From a virus (taxonomy: Duplodnaviria > Caudoviricetes), in IMG/VR virus record IMGVR_UViG_3300004633_000009, positions 1 to 31,693 of that record: a DNA stretch of 31,693 bases. One strand, written 5' to 3'. Positions 25,429-31,693 of the stretch are shown here, piece after piece; the first letter of the stretch is position 1, and every line of letters starts with the position of its first letter. A model generated the notes under the pieces. That model ran no database searches. It was not told the origin of the DNA and saw only the letters and a list, made by a program, of their open reading frames with translations. Made by a program: the position numbers and the translations under genes.

Positions 25429-25934
25429 CCGCCGAGGAGCTCGAGGCGCTCGTCGATGGGTTGGCGCCCGTGCTGGTGACGATCATCCGCCGGGAGCTCG
25501 CGACACCGCTCCAACGCCTCGCCGCGCTCGAGGCCCAGCCCCCGGCGCGCGACGGCCGGGATGGCCTTCCTGGGCCGCCTGGCGCCCCTGGGACGCACGG
25601 ACAGGACGGCCGGGATGGGGCACCCGGGCACGATGGGGCCGTTGGCCTGGGGTTCGGCGATCTGGCCCTCGAGCACGACGGTGAACGGATGATCACCATC
25701 AAGGCGATCCGTGGCGAGCTCGTGACCACGCTCGGCGTCCTGACGTTCCCGATCCCGATCTATCGCGGCGTCTGGACCGATGGGCGACCGTACAGCGCGG
25801 GCGATCGCGTGACCTGGGGCGGGTCGGAGTGGCACTGTCAGACGGCGACGGCGAGCCGGCCCGGGGATGGCTCCCGGGCCTGGACACTGGCCGTCAAACG
25901 CGGCCGCGACGGCAAGGATGGCACCCGTGGCTGA
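25425..25934 (+). CDS. Head-associated protein with short collagen-like Gly-X-Y stretch
   Basis: GRDGLPGPPGAPGTHGQDGRDGAPGHDG; C-terminal YRGVW...GDRVTWGGSEW. Confidence 0.8.
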   Translation: MTAEELEALVDGLAPVLVTIIRRELATPLQRLAALEAQPPARDGRDGLPGPPGAPGTHGQDGRDGAPGHDGAVGLGFGDLALEHDGERMITIKAIRGELVTTLGVLTFPIPIYRGVWTDGRPYSAGDRVTWGGSEWHCQTATASRPGDGSRAWTLAVKRGRDGKDGTRG

Positions 25935-25952
25935 CCTCGTGGGTGGGCCCTG

Positions 25953-26288
25953 ATGGCGGCGACGTTGATCACGGTGACACAGGCGCTCGCCCATCTGCGG
26001 GTCCCGGCGACTGATCCCGATCTCGAGCTGAAGATGGCCCAGGCTGAAGCGGCGATCCTGCGGTATTGCGCCCGGACGGCGTATTGGCAGGCGCAGATCG
26101 TGAACTGGATCGATCCGGACACCGTGCCGCCAGACGTCCAGGCGGCGATTATGCTCCAGCTCGGTGAACTGTTCCGCTTTCGCGGCGACGATCTCGCCGG
26201 TGAAGGGCCGAATCGCTCCAACGGTGAAGACCTCGCGCCGGCGATTGTCGGGTTGCTGCGTCGCTGGAGCGATCCAGTGCTGCAATGA
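25953..26288 (+). CDS. Head-tail adaptor (HK97 gp6-like)
   Basis: ALAHLRV...VPPDVQAAIMLQLGELFRFR; position after portal. Confidence 0.85.
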   Translation: MAATLITVTQALAHLRVPATDPDLELKMAQAEAAILRYCARTAYWQAQIVNWIDPDTVPPDVQAAIMLQLGELFRFRGDDLAGEGPNRSNGEDLAPAIVGLLRRWSDPVLQ

Positions 26289-26671
26289 GTCCGCGCGGCG
26301 CGCCGATCGCCTCGGGCCTGCGCGATAAGCGCATCCGCCTCCAGAATCCGGGCACACCGGTGCCCGATGGCGACGGCGGGTACACGGAAGGGTTGACGGA
26401 TTTGACGCCGGCCTATGTCCAGGCACGGATTACGCCGGCCGCGGTGCGCGATCTCGAGCGCGTCGCTGCGGGCACCGTCGTAGCGACGGCGACGCATCTC
26501 GTGACCATCCTGTATCACGCGCAGGTCACCACGAAAACGCAGATCATGTTCGACGACCTGGTTGCGGGCAAAACGCGCACATTCAACGTGAATGGAGTCC
26601 GGAATCCCGACGAGGCGAACATTGTCCTCGTTCTGACCTGTACCGAACTGCTCGCGCCGGCGGCGGCGTGA
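26285..26671 (+). CDS. Head closure protein (SPP1 gp16/HK97 gp7-like)
   Basis: GLRDKRIRLQ...DGDGGY; synteny. Confidence 0.85.
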   Translation: MSPRGAPIASGLRDKRIRLQNPGTPVPDGDGGYTEGLTDLTPAYVQARITPAAVRDLERVAAGTVVATATHLVTILYHAQVTTKTQIMFDDLVAGKTRTFNVNGVRNPDEANIVLVLTCTELLAPAAA

Positions 26672-27124
26672 ATGGCGCGCGTCACCTTTCAGTTGCGTGG
26701 TGTCGAGGAACTCCTCGCGGACCTGACCGCGCTCCCTGACTCCCTGCGCGACGACGCGGCGACGATCATCGAGACGGAAGCGAAGACCGCGCACGACGCG
26801 ATCCACGCGGTGTACGCCGAGCACGTCGTCAGCGGGCGGCTCGTCAACAGCCTCCACGTCGAGCGGTTGAACACGACCGGCGCGTTCGGCGTCGGGTACC
26901 GCGTGCGCTCGGATGATCCGATCGCGTGGCTGTTCGACAACGGCTCGCAGGCGCGGCACTGGGCGTCCGGCAAAGCGACCGGCGCGATGTGGGGCGACAC
27001 GGCACCGACGCACATCTTCGTGCGCTCGCTGATCGCGGCGCGGCGCAACATGGCGCTGAAACTGGCGGCGCTGCTGACTCGCGCGGGGTTGCGCCCGAGC
27101 GGGGACTTCAATGCCGCCGCCTGA
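26672..27124 (+). CDS. Tail completion protein (HK97 gp10-like)
   Basis: GVEELLADL...SGRLVNSL; synteny. Confidence 0.7.
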   Translation: MARVTFQLRGVEELLADLTALPDSLRDDAATIIETEAKTAHDAIHAVYAEHVVSGRLVNSLHVERLNTTGAFGVGYRVRSDDPIAWLFDNGSQARHWASGKATGAMWGDTAPTHIFVRSLIAARRNMALKLAALLTRAGLRPSGDFNAAA

Positions 27125-27554
27125 CGCCTCCGACGTCGACGCGGCGCTGATTGCGGTCCTGCGGGCGGATCCCACGCTGACGCAGCTGGCGCCGGATGGC
27201 GTCTGGTATCAACAGGCGGACGCGGGGAAAAAGCAATTCGTGATCGTGTCGCTGGCGGATCATCGCGACGTCGGGCAGTTCGGCCCGGCGCAGCACCGCA
27301 CGGCGTACGAAGATGCGCTGTATCTGGTCAAGAGCGTCGAACTGATGTCGACGACGAACAACAGCAAGGCGGCGGCGGCGCGGATTCACGCGCTGCTCGA
27401 GGACGCCACGCTGATCGTCGCCGGCTACACCTGCATGACGGTGCATCGCGAATCGCGCGCACGGTTCATCGAGAAGGACCAAGTCGACCCGTCGATCAAG
27501 TGGGCGCACCGTGGCGGCAACTACCGCGTGCAGATGGCGCCCGACGCCGTGTGA
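27111..27554 (+). CDS. Tail terminator-like protein
   Basis: ALIAVLRADPTL..L...GVW; lies before the tail tube gene. Confidence 0.72.
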   Translation: MPPPDASDVDAALIAVLRADPTLTQLAPDGVWYQQADAGKKQFVIVSLADHRDVGQFGPAQHRTAYEDALYLVKSVELMSTTNNSKAAAARIHALLEDATLIVAGYTCMTVHRESRARFIEKDQVDPSIKWAHRGGNYRVQMAPDAV

Positions 27555-27567
27555 AAGGACGGACAGC

Positions 27568-27972
27568 ATGAGCATTCTCTCGGGGAAGGACGGCGAAATC
27601 CTCTACGACCCGACCGGCGCCGGTGGCGCGTCGCTCGTCGCGCTCGTGTCGATGAACAAGTGGAAGGCCTCGTTCAAGACCGACAAGATCAACGTGACGT
27701 GCTTCGGCGATCTCAACAAAGTCTACGTCCCGGGGATGAAAGACATCTCGGGCACGCTGAGCGGCTTCTACAACAAAGCCGACAAAACGCTGTTCGAGGC
27801 GGCGGACGCGATCACACCGGGCGTCCTGAAGCTGGTGCCGCACACCTCGGAGAACACCGATTTCTGGAGCGGTCCCGCGTATCTGGACGCGGACATCGAT
27901 ACGTCCGTCGAAGGCGCGCCGGCCGTGAGCGGTAACTTCATGGCGGCGGGCTCGTGGACGATGGCGCCGTAG
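27568..27972 (+). CDS. Major tail tube protein (134 aa)
   Basis: AAAGGA upstream; VTCFGD.NKVYVPGMKDISGTLSGF pattern. Confidence 0.88.
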   Translation: MSILSGKDGEILYDPTGAGGASLVALVSMNKWKASFKTDKINVTCFGDLNKVYVPGMKDISGTLSGFYNKADKTLFEAADAITPGVLKLVPHTSENTDFWSGPAYLDADIDTSVEGAPAVSGNFMAAGSWTMAP

Positions 27973-27976
27973 TCCC

Positions 27977-28300
27977 GTGGGGTTCGAGCCGCGGCCGCTG
28001 TTCCAGAACGTCACGATCCGTGGGCCGCGCGGCGCCGTGATCTGGAAGCACCAGGCGTTCGAGGCCGCGACGCTCGGCGCGTGGATGGTGCAGCGGCGCG
28101 TGGACCCGCAGACGGGCCATCGCTTCGCGTGGACCCTGCGCGCGACGGTGACGCAGTCCGACAGCTATCGCATCCGGCAACGCGAGTTGCTGTTCACGGC
28201 GGCGAAGGATCACGGACACGGCTTCTGGTGCTTCCCCATCACATCGCTCGCGATCACCGGGACGCGCGTCGTCGCGGAGCTCGGAGCGCCGGAATACTGA
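27977..28300 (+). CDS. Tail-region hypothetical protein
   Basis: Fills the gap between tube and chaperone genes; start uncertain. Confidence 0.65.
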   Translation: MGFEPRPLFQNVTIRGPRGAVIWKHQAFEAATLGAWMVQRRVDPQTGHRFAWTLRATVTQSDSYRIRQRELLFTAAKDHGHGFWCFPITSLAITGTRVVAELGAPEY

Positions 28301-28309
28301 GGGACGGAC

Positions 28310-28717
28310 ATGACGGACAGTTGGTTTGTCGAACCCGCGATCGATCGGTTGCCGCTTTCGGACGGCCACTTCATCGACGTCAAGCGTGAACTGAATGCCG
28401 GCGAGCGGCGCCGTGTCTTCGCCGACATGGTCCGCGACGGCGTGACGCCGAACGAAGTCACGAAGCTCGACCCGTTTCAGGTCGGGCTGACGAAGGTCAT
28501 GCAGTACCTCGTCGGCTGGTCGCTCATGGATTCGTCGGGGCAGCCGGTGCCGATCTCCGAGGCGGCGGTCCTGAACCTCAAAGGGTTCCGGTTCAACGAA
28601 CTCTCGGACGCGATCGACGCGCACGAGCAGCGCCAGGAGGAGGCCCGCGCCGAGGCGCGAAAAAAAACCCTCGATGGCGAGAGTGGATTGAAAGTGATCT
28701 CCGGATCGCGCGCGTGA
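28310..28717 (+). CDS. Tail assembly chaperone (lambda G-like)
   Basis: Precedes tape measure; slippery A8 run near the end; GAGGGA SD. Confidence 0.85.
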   Translation: MTDSWFVEPAIDRLPLSDGHFIDVKRELNAGERRRVFADMVRDGVTPNEVTKLDPFQVGLTKVMQYLVGWSLMDSSGQPVPISEAAVLNLKGFRFNELSDAIDAHEQRQEEARAEARKKTLDGESGLKVISGSRA

Positions 28718-28824
28718 TGCACTGGCCCTACCACGCGGTCGCGGCGCTGCCGCGCGAGGTCTACGACGTGCTCGTGGACATGCTGAACCGGGAACACCGC
28801 GCGCTGGAACGGGATGACGTCTAA
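28660..28824 (+). CDS. -1 frameshift extension of the tail chaperone (GT-like)
   Basis: A AAA AAA at 28660-28666; -1 frame open (NPRWREWIESDLRIARVMHW...) to TAA 28822-28824, abutting the tape measure ATG. Confidence 0.85.
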   Translation, partial: KKNPRWREWIESDLRIARVMHWPYHAVAALPREVYDVLVDMLNREHRALERDDV

Positions 28825-30795
28825 ATGGCGCTGAGTGGCACGCTCGTCGCGGATTTCAACTCGTTCTACACCGCCGTCCAGCAAGCGAAGGCGGAACTGA
28901 CCGGGTTTGACAAGGACGCGAAAAGTGTGGGCGACTCCCTGAGTCAGATGGCCGACCGGTTCTCGGGAACGAAGATCATCAGCGAAGGCCTCGAAATCAA
29001 CCGGCTGTTCCAGTCGATGGACGACGTCGCCCTCCTGACGAAGCGCGAACTCACCGAGGTGGGCAACACCGCGAACGAAGCGATCGAGAAGATGCAGCGG
29101 CTCGGCCTCGAGGTGCCGAAGAATCTGGAGAACGTCGCCCGCGCCGCGAACGACGCGGCCAAAGAGAGCGAGGGATTCGGGATCTCGTGGGGCAAAATTT
29201 TTGAAACGTTCGCCGGATTCTCGCTGGAGCGGATCGGGGAAAAAGTCATCGACACGATCGCCGACCTCGGCAAAGAGGCGTTCGAGACCGCGGACCACTT
29301 ACAGAAGCTCCACGAACAGACCGGGATTTCCGTCGAGGCGCTGCAAAACATTCAGGACGTCGCCGAACGATCCGGCGTGAGTCTCCAATCGGTGGCCGGT
29401 GCCGTGGAGACCTTGCAACAGCGACTCGGGTCGGGCAATAAGGGCGCGGCCGCCGCGCTGGACGAACTCGGGTTGAGCTTCGACAAGATCGCGAGCGAAA
29501 AACCCGAGCAGCAGTTCGCGGACATCGCGCGCGCGATGGGCGAGCTGAAAGATCCGCTCGACTTCGCCCGCGTGGGCGCCGAACTGTTCGGCCTTAAGTG
29601 GAAGGAAATCGCGCCCGCGATCAAGGCCGCCGCGGAAGGGATCACCGACAACACGTGGGCGATGAGTCGCGACACGGTCAAGGCGCTCGCGGACGCCAAG
29701 TCGTCATGGGATTCGTTCTGGCGCGCGGTCACGGCGCAGACGGGCGAGGTGATCGCGGACGTGCTCACGGGCACCACGTCGAAGATGCGCGCATTCCAAG
29801 GCGAGATGGACGGCATGGTCGAGAACGTGAAGAAGCAGGGCCCGGAGCTCGCGGCCTCCATCGCGCCGCCCGGCTTGCCGGCGGATCTCGACGCGATCAC
29901 GAAAGCCCTGCAGGACGAGAACCGGCAGATCAACATCAATCGCGAGGACGCGGCGATGGCGACCGACACCGCGATCGCGCTCGCGGGCACGTTCGCGGAC
30001 GTGCGGAAAAAGTTCCACGACGAGGCGATGAAGCAGGCCAAGGAGTTGGCGGACGAGCAGAAGCGACAGCTCGATCGCACGAACGCCGACACCAAAACCG
30101 CGCTCGATCAGATGCAGAAGATGCGGGCCGACGTGACCGACGCCGACATGAAGGCCTCGATGTCGGAGACGGACTACAAGGTCGCGAAGGTGTGGCAGTG
30201 GGCGCAACAAACGATCGACGCCTACAAAGGGACCGGGGCGCAAGCAGCCGCGTACGCGGACCTCGTCTACACGCGGGCCGGGCAGATGCAGGACGCGATC
30301 TACGCGACCACGAAACAGATTGACGACCAGGGCGACGCGTACGCCCAGCTCGCGAAGGATGCCGTGACCACGTTCGCGGAGATCGGCAGCGGCGTCGCAC
30401 CGGCCGATGCGGCGGTCTCCCACTTCGGCGGCACGCTCGTGATCGTGAGTGACAACCTCGATGATCTGAACCGGAAGCTCTCGACGTTCTACGACCAGTT
30501 CACGCAGTTCGGCGACATGTCGGGCGCGACGATGGGCGTGGGCGCGGCCGTCGGCGGCTATCGGGTGCCCCAGGCGCGCGCGGCCGGCGGACCGGTCTCC
30601 GGCGGGACGACATACCTCGTGGGCGAGCGCGGGCCGGAACTGTTCACGCCCGCGAGCAGCGGCTCGATCTCGCCGGGCGCGTCCGTGACCAACCACTTCT
30701 ACATCAACGGCTCGATCAAAGACCTGGCGCAGCCGCTGCTCGAGGAAATCACGCGCGTGATGCGACAGACGCGGCAGTGGCCGTCGGCGACGTGA
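28825..30795 (+). CDS. Tape measure protein (656 aa)
   Basis: Ala-rich helical; C-terminal RAAGGPVSGGTTYLVGERGPELFTP. Confidence 0.93.
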   Translation: MALSGTLVADFNSFYTAVQQAKAELTGFDKDAKSVGDSLSQMADRFSGTKIISEGLEINRLFQSMDDVALLTKRELTEVGNTANEAIEKMQRLGLEVPKNLENVARAANDAAKESEGFGISWGKIFETFAGFSLERIGEKVIDTIADLGKEAFETADHLQKLHEQTGISVEALQNIQDVAERSGVSLQSVAGAVETLQQRLGSGNKGAAAALDELGLSFDKIASEKPEQQFADIARAMGELKDPLDFARVGAELFGLKWKEIAPAIKAAAEGITDNTWAMSRDTVKALADAKSSWDSFWRAVTAQTGEVIADVLTGTTSKMRAFQGEMDGMVENVKKQGPELAASIAPPGLPADLDAITKALQDENRQININREDAAMATDTAIALAGTFADVRKKFHDEAMKQAKELADEQKRQLDRTNADTKTALDQMQKMRADVTDADMKASMSETDYKVAKVWQWAQQTIDAYKGTGAQAAAYADLVYTRAGQMQDAIYATTKQIDDQGDAYAQLAKDAVTTFAEIGSGVAPADAAVSHFGGTLVIVSDNLDDLNRKLSTFYDQFTQFGDMSGATMGVGAAVGGYRVPQARAAGGPVSGGTTYLVGERGPELFTPASSGSISPGASVTNHFYINGSIKDLAQPLLEEITRVMRQTRQWPSAT

Positions 30796-30802
30796 GGCAC
30801 CC

Positions 30803-30925
30803 ATGCATCTGATCGCCTACGTGTTCGCGTTCTGTTGCTTCGCGCTGGCGACGTGGCCGGTCCAATCGCGCGTGAATCTGATCGCGGCCGGGCTCGCCAT
30901 CCTGACGCTGACGCTCATTTTCTGA
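30803..30925 (+). CDS. 40-aa two-helix membrane protein (absent from ORF track); holin-like candidate
   Basis: MHLIAYVFAFCCFALATWPVQSRVNLIAAGLAILTLTLIF; GAGG SD; fills the gap. Confidence 0.7.
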   Translation: MHLIAYVFAFCCFALATWPVQSRVNLIAAGLAILTLTLIF

Positions 30926-30938
30926 AGCGGGGCACACC

Positions 30939-31385
30939 ATGGGCAGCGCGCAAGCGAGCGACTATCTCGAAAACCTGATCATCGATCACCTGTTCCGCGG
31001 TCGCACGTGGGCGAAGCCGGCGGGCCCGCACTACGTCGCGCTGTTCACGGCCGCGCCGTCGGACGCCGGCGGCGGCACCGAAGTCGGCGCCGGCCTCGGC
31101 TACACGCGCGTCGCCGTCGCGCTCGGCGATGGCGTCTGGACCGCGACGCAAGGCGGCACGTCGGGCAATTCGAGCGGCACCGGCGGGCAGACGGCGAACG
31201 CCGCACTGATCCAGTTCGGCACGCCTACCGGGAACTGGGGCACGGTGACGCACTTCGGGATCTTCGATGCGGCCTCGGGTGGGAACCTGCTGATCTGGGA
31301 CGCGCTGACGCAGCCGGTTACGGTGCTCGTCGGCGGGCCCGCGCCATCGTTCCCGGCCGGGCAACTCGCGATCGTGGTGGCGTGA
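30939..31385 (+). CDS. Minor tail/fibre-associated protein
   Basis: SDYLEN...YVALFTAAPSDAGGGTEV...GYTRVAV...THFGIFDAASGGNLL, a common tail family pattern. Confidence 0.85.
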   Translation: MGSAQASDYLENLIIDHLFRGRTWAKPAGPHYVALFTAAPSDAGGGTEVGAGLGYTRVAVALGDGVWTATQGGTSGNSSGTGGQTANAALIQFGTPTGNWGTVTHFGIFDAASGGNLLIWDALTQPVTVLVGGPAPSFPAGQLAIVVA

Positions 31386-31386
31386 G

Positions 31387-31693
31387 ATGCCGGTCCCGAC
31401 CTTCGACGCGCATCGCAACTTCGGGATCTCGACGGTGGCCGTCGCGCCGTCGCCGCCGAGCTCGGGGACGTCGCTGACGCTCACGGCCGGCGACGGCGCC
31501 GCGATCTTCACGTCCACGCCGCCCTACAACGTCACCGTGTGCCCGGCGTCCGTGCTGCCGTCGCCGACGAACGCGGAGATCGCGCGGGTGACCGCGCGCA
31601 GCGGCGACGTGTTGACACTGACGCGCGCGCAGGAGAACTCGGCGGCCCGCGCGATTCAGGTCGGCGATCTGATCTTCATGGGCCCGACGGCGA
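31387..31693 (+). CDS. 5' part of tail fibre-like gene, continuing through the join to 743
   Basis: MPVPTFDAHRNF...EIARVTARSGDVLTLTRAQE; open to the window end and in frame with ATG 31678 (= position 45). Confidence 0.85.
   Translation, partial: MPVPTFDAHRNFGISTVAVAPSPPSSGTSLTLTAGDGAAIFTSTPPYNVTVCPASVLPSPTNAEIARVTARSGDVLTLTRAQENSAARAIQVGDLIFMGPTA
31634..31693. repeat. 60-bp terminal direct repeat, right copy
   Basis: Identical to 1-60. Confidence 0.97.

Noticed and set aside
25540-25650. Collagen-like repeat as a novelty
   Set aside because: Short Gly-X-Y tracts after the portal gene are common in such head modules

Overview
The window is a complete, circularly permuted genome of a small GC-rich temperate tailed phage (siphovirus-like, HK97-type head). 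Bases 1-60 repeat exactly at 31634-31693, giving a 31,633 bp circle; one tail-fibre-like gene (31387 to 743) crosses the join. The genome has four blocks: (1) an XRE repressor/Cro switch at about 4.8-5.6 kb; (2) an early operon with RecT-like recombinase, PD-(D/E)XK nuclease, two ParB-like genes, metallopeptidase, replication-HNH protein, RusA and many small ORFs; (3) Xis plus an RHH-led integrase operon ending in an intact attP; (4) a late operon with HNH, probable cos, TerL, protease-capsid fusion, portal, neck, tail tube, frameshifting tail chaperone, tape measure and tail tip. Most unusual: attP carries the 5' half of tRNA-Arg(CCT) rather than the usual 3' half, so integration would rebuild the host tRNA behind the phage integrase. 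Other points: the repressor lacks an autocleavage domain and overlaps a convergent ORF resembling its own C-terminal helices (candidate SinI-like antirepressor); a GCAT-N7-ATGC palindrome sits on both early and late promoters; a tail protein has nested repeats; no recognisable small terminase or endolysin, with a beta-trefoil-repeat protein as a lysin candidate. An Acidobacteriota host is a tentative guess from remembered protein families. All annotation is by eye; no searches were run.
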